Below, in pieces: positions 47,479-56,800 of a DNA stretch of 64,000 bases. Positions within the stretch are counted from its first letter, which is position 1; each line of letters opens with the position of its first letter. This DNA comes from Candidatus Latescibacterota bacterium (GTDB lineage: Bacteria > Latescibacterota > UBA2968 > UBA8231). The notes under the pieces are model-generated. The model was not told the DNA's origin. It worked only from the letters and a program-made list of their open reading frames with translations, and made no database searches. The stretch covers positions 1,280,001-1,344,000 of the forward strand of contig OZ252098.1 in NCBI GenBank assembly GCA_965248355.1. Reading direction: 5' to 3'. A program made the position numbers and the translations under genes.

Positions 47479-48544
47479 TGGCGCCGTCGTCGTGCAGGTC
47501 GGCGGCCTCCTCGACCCAGGCCTCGTACCCGTGCTCCGCCGCCTCGATCACCGGCGGCCACCGGAAGCCGGCCAGCGGCCGGGGTGCGAGGCCGAGGCTC
47601 TCCGGCTCGGCGGCGTAGGCCAGCCCCTTCCGGGCGCGGAGCCGCTGCCGCCAGTAGATCTCCCGCAGCAGGCGGATGGCCCCGTCCTCCGGAGGCAGCT
47701 CGAACTCTTCGCCTTCGGCCCCAAGGGTCACCACCCGGTCGACGAAGCGCACGTAGCCCCACTGCTCCGGGTAGTGCATGTTGATCAGGCCCTGGGGCGA
47801 CCAGACCCAGTTGTCCTCGCCCTCGCCCGGGATCTTCACGTATCCCTCACCGTCCTCGGCGGGCTCGACGCGCCACTCCACGCGCGAGAAGTTGACCCGC
47901 CAGATGTCGCCGTCCTCGGGGGGCACGGCCGTGCGGCTCGGGCGCCGCAGCCCCTCCCAGGGAAAGGCGACCTCCACCGACCAGCCCTCGTCCACGTCCC
48001 GGGGCTGGTTGATCGTGCCGTAGACCCGGACCCCGGTGCGCAGGCCGGGCAGGTCCCAGGCGTGCACGGGCGGCCCTCCGTCGCGGTAGGGCCGCACCAG
48101 CAGCAGGTCCCACTCGGTGCCGAAGGCGTTGACCTCGTACTCGAAGTAGTTGTGGGTGTCCCAGTCGGGGTCGATGAAGACCTCGAAGTCGTTGTCGTGG
48201 AAGATGACGGCGTCGCGCTCGGTGAGGGTGGCCCAGACCTGGGGCTCCTCCAGCAAGGCGGCCACGTAGAAGCGGCCCTCGTCCCACAGCATCTTGGCCC
48301 GCGTGCGCAGGCGTGGGGGAGGCTTGAGGTCGCCCTCGATGTCGACGAAGAGCTGGGTCCAGGGGGCGTGCTGCCACGAAGGCTCGTCCAGGGACCCGTC
48401 GATTGTGAGGGCTCCGGCGGCGCGGAAGGCCGTGTACCGCTGGGGCTCGATGCCGGCCAGGTGCTCCGGATCCGGTTGCGCGGCCAGGGCCGTCGCCGTC
48501 AGCGCCTGGGCGAGGAGAACGCGTCGGAAACCACCCCTGGCCAT
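47393..48544 (-). CDS. Secreted carbohydrate-binding family 9 (CBM9/DOMON-like) protein
   Basis: Signal-peptide-like N-terminus; [50 protein letters not shown]. Confidence 0.85.
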   Translation of the reverse strand: MARGGFRRVLLAQALTATALAAQPDPEHLAGIEPQRYTAFRAAGALTIDGSLDEPSWQHAPWTQLFVDIEGDLKPPPRLRTRAKMLWDEGRFYVAALLEEPQVWATLTERDAVIFHDNDFEVFIDPDWDTHNYFEYEVNAFGTEWDLLLVRPYRDGGPPVHAWDLPGLRTGVRVYGTINQPRDVDEGWSVEVAFPWEGLRRPSRTAVPPEDGDIWRVNFSRVEWRVEPAEDGEGYVKIPGEGEDNWVWSPQGLINMHYPEQWGYVRFVDRVVTLGAEGEEFELPPEDGAIRLLREIYWRQRLRARKGLAYAAEPESLGLAPRPLAGFRWPPVIEAAEHGYEAWVEEAADLHDDGAISRWLLSGDSRVRKVKGREQPAAAASAP

Positions 48545-48649
48545 CTCATCCATCTCCTGTTGCGAGGTTCGGGCGGAGCCCCGTATACTACGCCTTTTCC
48601 GCGGCCCCCCCCAACGAGGGCCGTCCACTCGATAACAAGGCAAGACCGC

Positions 48650-49297
48650 TTGCAGTTGATCCTGCTCGGGGCCCCCGGCTCCGGCAAGGGCACCCAGGCC
48701 CGCAGGCTGGAGGAGGGCTACGGGATCCTCCACATCTCCACCGGCGACATGCTGCGCGAGGCCGCGGGCGGCGGCACCGATCTCGGCGCCCTGATCGAAG
48801 ACCACCTGCGCCGCGGGCGGCTGGTCCCCGATGCCCACGTCCTGACGCTGGTGGAGGAACGTCTCGGCCGGGGGGACCTGGACCGCGGCTTCACCCTCGA
48901 CGGCTATCCCCGCACCCGCCGGCAGGTGGACGACTTCGAGAAGCTCATGGAGGCCCTCGGGCGCAACCTCGACGCCGCCCTCAACATCGACGTCCCCGAC
49001 GAGATCGTCATCGAACGCCTCTCCAGCCGGCGCATCGACCCGCAGACCGGCCGGGTCTACAACCTGGGCCTCGAAGACGACCCGCCGCCGGAGGTCGCCG
49101 GCCGCCTCTCCCAACGCAACGACGATGGTCCCCGCGTCATCCGCCAGCGCCTCGAGACCTACCACGCCGAGACCGAGGCCCTCATCGCGCACTACCGGCG
49201 CACCGGGCAGCTCATCGAGATCGACGGCGCCCGGCCCCCGTCGGAGGTCTTCGCCGCCATCCAGCAGGGGCTGGAGGCGGTCCTCCAGAGCCGCTGA
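48650..49297 (+). CDS. adk: Adenylate kinase
   Basis: LLGAPGSGKGTQA, HISTGDMLR, LDGYPRT, lid RRIDPQTGRVYN, QRNDD; TTG start assumed. Confidence 0.95.
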   Translation: MQLILLGAPGSGKGTQARRLEEGYGILHISTGDMLREAAGGGTDLGALIEDHLRRGRLVPDAHVLTLVEERLGRGDLDRGFTLDGYPRTRRQVDDFEKLMEALGRNLDAALNIDVPDEIVIERLSSRRIDPQTGRVYNLGLEDDPPPEVAGRLSQRNDDGPRVIRQRLETYHAETEALIAHYRRTGQLIEIDGARPPSEVFAAIQQGLEAVLQSR

Positions 49298-49299
49298 CC

Positions 49300-49632
49300 T
49301 TGTCCAGAACCGACCTGATCTCCCTGTACAAGAGCGGTCTGGCCAAGTACGCCGGGCAGGACTTCCCGGGGGCGAGGGTCGACTTCGAGAAGGCCCTGGA
49401 GCTCGACCCCGACTTCGGCGACCTCCACCACTCCCTGGCCCACGTGCTCGAGAAACTGGGAGACCTCGACGGCGCTCTGGCCAGCGCCCGGCGGGCCGTG
49501 GAGCTGTCCCCGGACGAGGTCCTGACCCACACGAGCCTCTCCGTGATCTACATGCGCAAGGGGATGATCCCGGAGGCCGAGGCCGAGAAAGCCCTGGCCA
49601 CCGATCTGCAGCGCCGCCAGGACGGGGCCTGA
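49300..49632 (+). CDS. Tetratricopeptide repeat protein
   Basis: FEKALELDPD...LA, RRAVELSPD...LS TPR pattern. Confidence 0.8.
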   Translation: MSRTDLISLYKSGLAKYAGQDFPGARVDFEKALELDPDFGDLHHSLAHVLEKLGDLDGALASARRAVELSPDEVLTHTSLSVIYMRKGMIPEAEAEKALATDLQRRQDGA

Positions 49633-49655
49633 GCCCTCTCCCTCCCCGCGCCGCC

Positions 49656-50726
49656 ATGGCCACGGCCGCCGGTCCGCCCGCCTTCCACATCGGCCCTTAC
49701 CCGCTGCACCCCCTGCGTCCGGGGATGCCGGTGCTGGCCCTGGCGCCCCTGGCCGGCGTCGGCAACTGGGTCTTCCGCCTGATCTGCGCCCGCCTCGGGG
49801 CGCGCCTCGTGGGCGTGGAGTTCATCAACTGCCGCATCGTGCACCAGGCCGGCATCCGGGTCGAGCGCCTGCTCGACTTCTCCGACGCCGACGTGTACCG
49901 GCGCACGGGGATCAGTTTGCTGGCGGCCCAGATCTACGGCAACGACATCCCCATGATGGCCGAGGGCGCCCGCGAGCTGGAGCGGCGCGGCGCCCAGATC
50001 GTGGACATCAACTTCGGCTGCTCGGTGCCGCAGATCGTGCGCAAGGGGAGCTGCGCCGCCTTCCTGCGCGACCTGCCCCGGTTCTACGAGGCGGTGGCGG
50101 CCACCGTGGAGGCGGTGAGCGTGCCGGTCATGGTCAAGACCCGGATCGGCTGGGACGACGACTCCATCAACGTTGTCGAGATCGTCCGCCAGGCCCAGGC
50201 CGCCGGGGCCCGGGCGATCGCCATCCACGCCCGCACGGTGATGCAGAAGTACGACGGCGCGGCGCGCTGGGAGTGGCTGAAGACCGCCTGCGAGGCGGCC
50301 GAGGTGCCGGTCTTCGGAAACGGCGACGTGCGCCGCTACGACGACGCCCTGGCCATGGTGGAGCGCACCGGCTGCGACGGCGTCATGATCGGCCGGGCGG
50401 CCATGGCCAACCCCTGGATCTTCTCGGCCCGAGTCGGAGCCAACCTGGCGGAGCGCATCGAGCTGGCCGCCGACCAGGTGCGCTGGATGGCCCGCTACAA
50501 GGGCGAGACCGTCGGCGTCAAGGAGACCCGCAAGCACCTGGCCCTCTACTTCCGGGACCTCCACCGGGAGTCCCGCGAGCGCCGCCGGCTGCTGACCACC
50601 GAAACCCTCGGGGAGCTGCAGGCCTTCCTGGAGAGCTGGCGCCAGGCCCTGGACAGCGACCCGGAGCGGGACCTCTCCCTCAGCGCCTCCGAGGCCAACC
50701 GCCTGGCCTGGAGCGGCACCGGATGA
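49656..50726 (+). CDS. tRNA-dihydrouridine synthase family protein (DusB-like)
   Basis: LAPLAG, DINFGC, VKTRIGW, IHART, GNGDV, DGVMIGRAA. Confidence 0.9.
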   Translation: MATAAGPPAFHIGPYPLHPLRPGMPVLALAPLAGVGNWVFRLICARLGARLVGVEFINCRIVHQAGIRVERLLDFSDADVYRRTGISLLAAQIYGNDIPMMAEGARELERRGAQIVDINFGCSVPQIVRKGSCAAFLRDLPRFYEAVAATVEAVSVPVMVKTRIGWDDDSINVVEIVRQAQAAGARAIAIHARTVMQKYDGAARWEWLKTACEAAEVPVFGNGDVRRYDDALAMVERTGCDGVMIGRAAMANPWIFSARVGANLAERIELAADQVRWMARYKGETVGVKETRKHLALYFRDLHRESRERRRLLTTETLGELQAFLESWRQALDSDPERDLSLSASEANRLAWSGTG

Positions 50727-50799
50727 ACCCGCACCCAGGCAAGACCCTACCCGACCCCCTGCCCATCCGGTTGCCGCCGGAGGAGGAGATGGCCTTCCC

Positions 50800-51699
50800 A
50801 TGACCGACAAGCTCGCGCGCGGGATCCTGCCCGCCCTGTGCACCGCCTTCGACGACAGCGGGGCGCGCCCCGACCCCGATCGCCAGCGGGTCCTGCTGCG
50901 CGCCCTCCTCGAGGCCGGCTCGCAGGGCTTCTTCGTCTGCGGCGGCACCGGCGAGGGCCGCGCCATGACGGTACCGGAGCGCAAGCAGGTGGCCGGAGTG
51001 GTGGCCCGGGAGGTCGCCGGCCAGGTGCCCCTGATCCTGCAGGTCGGCGCCTGTCCCACGGTGGAGGCCGTCGAGCTGGCCCGGCACGCAGCCGGGGTGC
51101 CGGGCATCGACGCCGTCGCCTCGGTGGCGCCCGTGGACCGCCCGAAGGACCTGGCCGCCGCCGCGGAGCACTACGCCGCCATCGGCGCCGCCACCGACCT
51201 GCCCTTCTACGTCTACTGGCTGGCCCGCGAAGCCGACGACGCGGCCACGGCGGACCGCTTCCTGGAGGCCATGGAGGGGGTGCCCCACTTCGCCGGGATC
51301 AAGTTCACCGACTACAACCTCTTCCTCTTCGGCCAGCTCATCGAGCTGACCGGGGGCCGCCTCAACGCCATCAGCGGCCCCGACGAGATGTGCCTGCCCG
51401 CCATGTGCATGGGCGCCGACGCGGCGATCGGCACGACCTACAACATCATGCCGCGGATCTACCTCGAGATGCGCCGCGCCTTCGACGCCGGCGACCTCGA
51501 CAGCGCCCGCCTCTGCCAGCGCCACGCCAACCGGGTCATCCGCATCCTCATGGAGGCCGGGGTCATGGCGGCGGTGAAGGCGATCCTCGGCTGGCGGGGC
51601 ACGTCCGCCGGCCCTCCCCGGGTGGTGGAGCCCCTCGACGGGGAGGGGGAAGAGCGGCTGCGGGGAGAGCTGGAGGGCCTGGACTTCGAGGTGGCTTGA
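50800..51699 (+). CDS. DHDPS/N-acetylneuraminate lyase family aldolase
   Basis: GILPALCTAF, CGGTGEG, Schiff-base GIKFT, SGPDE, AIGTTYN. Confidence 0.88.
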   Translation: MTDKLARGILPALCTAFDDSGARPDPDRQRVLLRALLEAGSQGFFVCGGTGEGRAMTVPERKQVAGVVAREVAGQVPLILQVGACPTVEAVELARHAAGVPGIDAVASVAPVDRPKDLAAAAEHYAAIGAATDLPFYVYWLAREADDAATADRFLEAMEGVPHFAGIKFTDYNLFLFGQLIELTGGRLNAISGPDEMCLPAMCMGADAAIGTTYNIMPRIYLEMRRAFDAGDLDSARLCQRHANRVIRILMEAGVMAAVKAILGWRGTSAGPPRVVEPLDGEGEERLRGELEGLDFEVA

Positions 51700-51909
51700 G
51701 GGGCGGCCTTTTGGGGGCGCGTTTGCTCTGGCATGAGCGCGACGCCCTCTTGGAACTTCAAGCAGGATACGGGGTGAGCCCCAAGGCAATCCTGTCTGCT
51801 CTCGCCACCCTGATGCCCCTGCAGTGGTGCTTCCGTCTGATTTGCCGCTATCGCGAAACAGAGGACTCAGCCATTCGTGAGCGATACACGCAGATCCTGG
51901 AGTTTGTGG

Positions 51910-52089
51910 ATCCGTACACGCAGCGGGATCAGGCGCTCGCCGACCTGGCGGTACTCGGCGAACACCATGGGTTGGGACAGCTCCAGATCCCTCGTCGTAG
52001 TACTCCACGTCCACGGGCATCCAATCCTCGGTGCGCACGCGCACCACCACCTTGCCCCACACCACCGGCGCTTTCGGCTTCGGTCTGAG
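51910..52089 (-). pseudogene. Internal fragment of an outer-membrane lipoprotein-sorting (LolA-like) protein gene
   Basis: PKPKAPVVWGKVVVRV...PVDVEYYDE, then a frameshift near 51989 into ELSQPMVFAEYRQVGERLIP; no start of its own. Confidence 0.6.
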
Positions 52090-52588
52090 CATGGGCCGCC
52101 CCTTCGACCCGTCCCACGCTTGCAGGCCGACGGAGATGGTCTCGGCATTGGAGGAATCGACGGAGACCGGGATGTCGGTCAGGCCCTGCACCGTCGCCAC
52201 GCGCCAGGTCATGGCCTCCTTCTGCTCTTCGAGCTTCAGCGAGATCTCATCGACCTTGAGATCGAGGGAATCGGCGCCCGCCTGTTCCTGCACGCTGAAC
52301 CATCCGTCTCAGGTAATGCATGCCCTCGGCCGGACTCTCGGTCGCCGCCCATCGCTGCCTGCACGGCGATCTTGACGTGCTTGACGCGTCCTTCCTCGAG
52401 TCCTGGGTGCCCTCCACCGCTTCCGGAATGACCAGGTGGCGCCGCTCGCCGTCGACCGAGCGGTAGCGCACCGCTTCCCGGCCGTCGCCGGTGGTCGTGA
52501 CGAGCTTGCCGCGGCGCATCACCACCCGCGTGGTGTGGATGTTCTCGCCGATGATGACGAAATCGAGATCGGGGTTGTGCAGCTTCAT
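52090..52588 (-). pseudogene. Frameshifted, truncated pterin-binding (methyltetrahydrofolate:corrinoid methyltransferase, AcsE/MetH-like) gene
   Basis: IIGENIHTTR...; EEGRVKHVKIAV; EGMHYLRRMV; QEQAGADSLDLKVDEIS...IPVSVDSSN...GRPML. These pieces lie in different frames, with shifts near 52398, 52332 and 52293. Confidence 0.75.
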
Positions 52589-52684
52589 GGCAGGTTGTTC
52601 GGTCGCTTGCGGCCGTGCCGCCCGCGCGCGGCACTCGACGGGCCGACCGGCCTATCGACATCCAAGGTGGCACAAAGAGAGAAT

Positions 52685-53437
52685 CTAAGCCGGCAGCCTT
52701 TGGCTCCAGGAGGTACCCGGGATCCCCTTGGCCCGGTCCGGATCCGTCCACCGAAGCAACACCGCTCCCCGGTAGGCCTCCGCCAGCAGGCGGTTGGGCG
52801 TCGCCTCTGCCGACGCCGAGGCCACGCCATACCCGCGCGCGTACGCCCGTACCCGAAATATCCGCTTGACCCCGTTGGGCAGGTCGGGCACCGTGTGCTC
52901 GGTCAGCTTGAACACCGTCTGATCCGTGAGACCCCCCAGGCCCGTCGGCTTCCACTCCCCAAAGTCCCCACCGGTCACCCGCTCCTGATACTGCCAGCCC
53001 CGGATGCCGGGATTCTTCGGGTCCGGGGAATCCCACCGCAACGTCACCTCGCCGTGACCCGCCGTCGCCGTCAGGCCCGCCGGCGCGTTCGGCGTGTCCC
53101 GGATCGTCACCGTCGACGTCGACGGGGCCCCGGACCGCACCCCCGCCGGCAACCGCCCGAAGCTCAACCCGATCGTCTCGTCCTCCACGTCGGCATCGCG
53201 CCTGGCCCAAATCTCGAACGAAGCCGAGGCACTGCCTCCGGTGAACACGAGCCCTCCCGACGGGCTGAGGTCGCGGACCCCGTAGTCCCGCTCTTCATCC
53301 GTGTCTTCCGCCGACAGAGCCGTCACCACCATCGGCACCTCCAACCGCTCGCTCGGCGCCGACGACAGGAAAGGGCTAGCAGACAACAGGATCGTCAGAA
53401 TCAGACCATACGCCCGCAGATCAGTCAAATCAGTCAT
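52685..53437 (-). pseudogene. Truncated Calx-beta/fibronectin type III adhesin-like gene
   Basis: Partial Calx-beta-like unit (LVFTGG...DADVEDETIGLSF...STVTIRD), one FN3 unit (APAGLTATAGHGEVTLRW...FRVRA) and the start of a second (AVLLRWTDP) cut by a stop. Confidence 0.65.
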
Positions 53438-54175
53438 TCAGTCATTGAAATTCTTCACCTCTCCCCATGGCAGCGATTGGATGGTGGTGAGAAAAACCTC
53501 CCAGGAGTGCCACTCGTCACTGGCGTCAGGTATGTAGTCACGATACGAGCCCTTCGACACCTGGACGGCCCAACCAAAGGTCCGTATGTCAGGCATGAGC
53601 CCATCTTGGGACAAGGCCGGGAAGCCGCCAAGGGCAGACCAGGGAATGGCTCCCTCCAGCCACTGGCCGGCAAGCGCGACCTCAAGCTCGGTGATGTCGG
53701 CACTTTCCGTCGGGGGGTTCCATCGGCCGCCGGTGTACCGCCGGTAGGTCTCGGTCGTCAGGCGCCCCCCCTGGCCGGTCACCGTGAACCGGTATTCCGG
53801 TCGGAACCCTTTCCAGGGGGCCGTCCGGTCGCCAGAGGTGGTGTCGGGGGACACGTCGAAGAACAGGTCCACCGTCGTGGGGTCCGAACCATGGAAGGGG
53901 GGGACGTAGAACCGGAAGATGAAGGCGAACAACTCGCGCCTGGGTATGTCGTGGGGGCCATACTCGCCCCAGCCGAAGCTGTATTGCATGATGTCCACCG
54001 TGCTGTTTGTGTCAGGGGTCACGTCACTGATATCGTCGAGGTAAAAGCTGGTCCCCCAATCCTGCCAATTCCCGTCGACGGTGAAGTTCAGGCGATCCTG
54101 CGCCGGGGCTACTTGGGCGCCAAGCCCCAAGGTCACGACGGCACTCAGCAAGGACAGCACGTTGCGCACTCGCAT
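53438..54175 (-). CDS. Secreted hypothetical protein with C-terminal WGxVK motif
   Basis: Signal peptide (MRVRNVLSLLSAVVTLGLGAQVAPA), VDGNWQDW, LEGAIPW, C-terminal TTIQSLPWGEVK; AAGGAG RBS; lower GC than flanks. Confidence 0.75.
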   Translation of the reverse strand: MRVRNVLSLLSAVVTLGLGAQVAPAQDRLNFTVDGNWQDWGTSFYLDDISDVTPDTNSTVDIMQYSFGWGEYGPHDIPRRELFAFIFRFYVPPFHGSDPTTVDLFFDVSPDTTSGDRTAPWKGFRPEYRFTVTGQGGRLTTETYRRYTGGRWNPPTESADITELEVALAGQWLEGAIPWSALGGFPALSQDGLMPDIRTFGWAVQVSKGSYRDYIPDASDEWHSWEVFLTTIQSLPWGEVKNFND

Positions 54176-54425
54176 GGCGAAGTCTCCTTGTCCTGTGGTA
54201 GTGTCGGGTTGGAGCTGGGAATTCTGCCCTCGACCAAACGGGAGCCCGCCCGGGCACGTTGGCGTCCGGGCGGCGGAGCACCGAGATCCGGGCCGGCATC
54301 CGGGCGAGCGTTCGATTGGACCGCAAGTGTGCATCGAGGCCCTCCCCAAGCCAACGGAGTCCCGATCCAGTGCACGGCTCCGTCGGTCCCAGAGCAGTCT
54401 CGGTGAGGACCGCCGCTTGGCGGCC

Positions 54426-55472
54426 TCACCCAACCCGGTAGCGCTCCACCACGTCCAGATCCAGCCTCACCCCGAGGCCCGGCCCCTCCGGCACGGTGAA
54501 GTGGCCCTCCGTCAACTCCAGGCTGCCGCCGAGGACGTCCGCCTCGCGCACGAAGGGCAGCTCGTCGCATGGCAGGGTGGCCTTGGGGATCGTCGCCTGC
54601 ACGTGCACGGAGTAGGCGGCCAGCACGCCGAGGCAGACGCCGCCCATCTGCACCCACACCGGGACGTTTCCGGCGGCGGCCACGGCGGCGGCGGCCCTCA
54701 CCTCCCGGGCCCGGCCGCCGAGGGTCAGGTAGTCGACGCACTCGGCCTTCAGGGCCGCGAGCACGTCGGCGCCGCGGCAGGGGCGGCGGCCCTGGGGCAC
54801 GCCGATGTGCATGGCCACGGGGATGTGGGTCTTCTCCCGCAGCAGGCGCCAGGAATCGAGGTTCTCCTTGGGGATGGGATCCTCGAAGTTGGCCACCGTG
54901 CCGAAGGGCTCCAGCTCGGCGGCGAGTCGGGCCGCGGTGTGCACGTGGCCGAAGCTGGTGTTGGGATCGACGCCGACGGTGTACTCGGGTCCCGCCGCCG
55001 CCTTCATGAGGCGCACGGTCTCGACGATGTTGTGGGTGCGGGCCTTGAGCTTGTGGTTGGTGAAGCCGAGGCGGCGGCCGGCCTCGGCCTCGGCGGCGGT
55101 ATCGGCGGCCGGCATGGCCGAGGACCAGTACGAGACGGGCACCCGCTCCCGCACCCGGGGGCCGAAGAACCGCCACACGGGCCATCCGAGGGCCTGGCCC
55201 TGGAGATCGAGGAAGGCGCACTCGAAGAGGTCCTCCTGGGCGAAGGGGTCCACGGCGAGGGGATCCTGCCCCACACAGGCGGCGGCCTGCGCCTCCAAGC
55301 GGGCTCGGCCCTCCTCGGACAGGGTGTAGACCGCCGACTCGCCGATGCCCTCCAGCCCCTCGTCGGTGCGCACCCGACAGAGGGTGATGTCGTAGATCCT
55401 CGGGTTCAGCCTGGCGATCGCCGCGATGGGCGGGATCTCCACGTGGTACAGGTCGACGCCGGTCACTCTCAT
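54426..55472 (-). CDS. Mandelate racemase/muconate lactonizing enzyme (enolase superfamily)
   Basis: VRTDEGLEGIGE, HKLKA (KxK), VDPN, FEDP, C-terminal PEGPGLGV. Confidence 0.87.
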   Translation of the reverse strand: MRVTGVDLYHVEIPPIAAIARLNPRIYDITLCRVRTDEGLEGIGESAVYTLSEEGRARLEAQAAACVGQDPLAVDPFAQEDLFECAFLDLQGQALGWPVWRFFGPRVRERVPVSYWSSAMPAADTAAEAEAGRRLGFTNHKLKARTHNIVETVRLMKAAAGPEYTVGVDPNTSFGHVHTAARLAAELEPFGTVANFEDPIPKENLDSWRLLREKTHIPVAMHIGVPQGRRPCRGADVLAALKAECVDYLTLGGRAREVRAAAAVAAAGNVPVWVQMGGVCLGVLAAYSVHVQATIPKATLPCDELPFVREADVLGGSLELTEGHFTVPEGPGLGVRLDLDVVERYRVG

Positions 55473-55594
55473 TTTTCGGCCCTCCGGCCGGCGAAGTTAC
55501 CGCCTCGCCTTGCGTGCCGCGAGACTCAGGGCTTGAATCAGCCGGCGTTTCCGGCGCGCCGACTGCGCCAGCCTCCCTCCAGAAAGAGCCGCCC

Positions 55595-56800
55595 ATGTCC
55601 CTGCGTGTCGGCGTCGTCGGCTGCGGCGCCTTCTCCCCCCACTTCATCACCCTCTTCAAGGCCCATCCCCTGGTGGAGTCGGTGGTGCTGTGCGACCTCG
55701 ACGCCGACAAGCTCGCCGCCGCCGCCGAACGACACGGGATCGCCGAGACCCGCTCCAGCCTGGAGGAGCTGTGCGCCGACGCCTCTGTCGACGCCGTGGC
55801 TCTCTTCACCCAGAACTGGCTCCATGGGCCACAGGCGGCCGCCGCCCTGCGCGCCGGCAAGCACGTGTACAGCGCCGTGCCCACGGGGATCACCGCCGAG
55901 GAGGTGACCGATCTCGTCGAGGCCGCCGCCGGCACCGACCGCCTCTACATGCTCGGCGAGACCAGCTACTACTACCCGGGCGTGGTCTACTGCCGCCGGC
56001 GCTTTCGGGCCGGGGACTTCGGGCGCCCTGTATACGCCGAGGCCGAGTACCTCCACGACTTCAGCCACGGCCTCTACGACGCGATGCGCTCGCGCGGAGG
56101 CCGCGACTGGCGGCGCTTCGCCGGCAGCCCCCCCATGCAGTACCCCACCCACTCGACGAGCCAGATCCTCTCGGTCACCGGGGCCCGCATGACCCACGTC
56201 TCCGGCCACGGTTTCGTCGACGATCACGAGGACGGCCTCTTCCGCGCCGGCTCGAACCAGTGGGCCAACGAGTTCAGCGACGAGACCGCCTTCTTCCGGC
56301 TGTCCGACGGCAGCGCCTGCCGCATCGCCGAGCTGCGCCGCGTCGGCCACCCGGGGGGCGTGCGCATGTCCCTCTACGGCACCGCCGGCAGCTTCGAGCA
56401 GCACGTCTCCGGCGTCCGCTGGCTCACCGCCAACCGTGCCGAGACCGAGTCCCTCGAAGACCTGCTCACCTGCGCCGGGGTCCCCGGGCCGCAGGCCGGA
56501 GACGGCATCTACGAGGGGGTTTCGCCGGCGCACCCGGTGCATCGCCTGCCCCGGCAGTTCCTGAACCTGCCCAACGGTCACCGAGGCTCCCACCAGTTCC
56601 TCGTGGACGACTTCCTGAGGGCCGCGGCGGACGGCGTGCTCCCGCCCAACAACGCCTGGGCGGCGGCCCGCTACATGCTGCCCGGCCTCGCGGCCCACGA
56701 GTCCGCCCGCCGCGGCGGCGAGCTGCTCGGGATCCCGGATCTCGGCGATCCCCCTTCGACGCCGGTGGAGTACGACGAGCCGGTCGCCGGAGGAGACTGA
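55595..56800 (+). CDS. Gfo/Idh/MocA family oxidoreductase
   Basis: VGVVGCG, VDAVALFT, GKHVYSAVP, YMLGET, YPTHS. Confidence 0.88.
   Translation: MSLRVGVVGCGAFSPHFITLFKAHPLVESVVLCDLDADKLAAAAERHGIAETRSSLEELCADASVDAVALFTQNWLHGPQAAAALRAGKHVYSAVPTGITAEEVTDLVEAAAGTDRLYMLGETSYYYPGVVYCRRRFRAGDFGRPVYAEAEYLHDFSHGLYDAMRSRGGRDWRRFAGSPPMQYPTHSTSQILSVTGARMTHVSGHGFVDDHEDGLFRAGSNQWANEFSDETAFFRLSDGSACRIAELRRVGHPGGVRMSLYGTAGSFEQHVSGVRWLTANRAETESLEDLLTCAGVPGPQAGDGIYEGVSPAHPVHRLPRQFLNLPNGHRGSHQFLVDDFLRAAADGVLPPNNAWAAARYMLPGLAAHESARRGGELLGIPDLGDPPSTPVEYDEPVAGGD

Noticed and set aside
52090..52588. Programmed ribosomal frameshifting in the pterin-binding gene
   Set aside because: Three separate shifts without slippery heptamers, plus a truncation, fit decay or sequence error better.
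54176..54425. 250-bp intergenic region as a structured ncRNA
   Set aside because: Only short GC-rich stems, and no family consensus I can recognise; an Rfam/Infernal scan would be needed.
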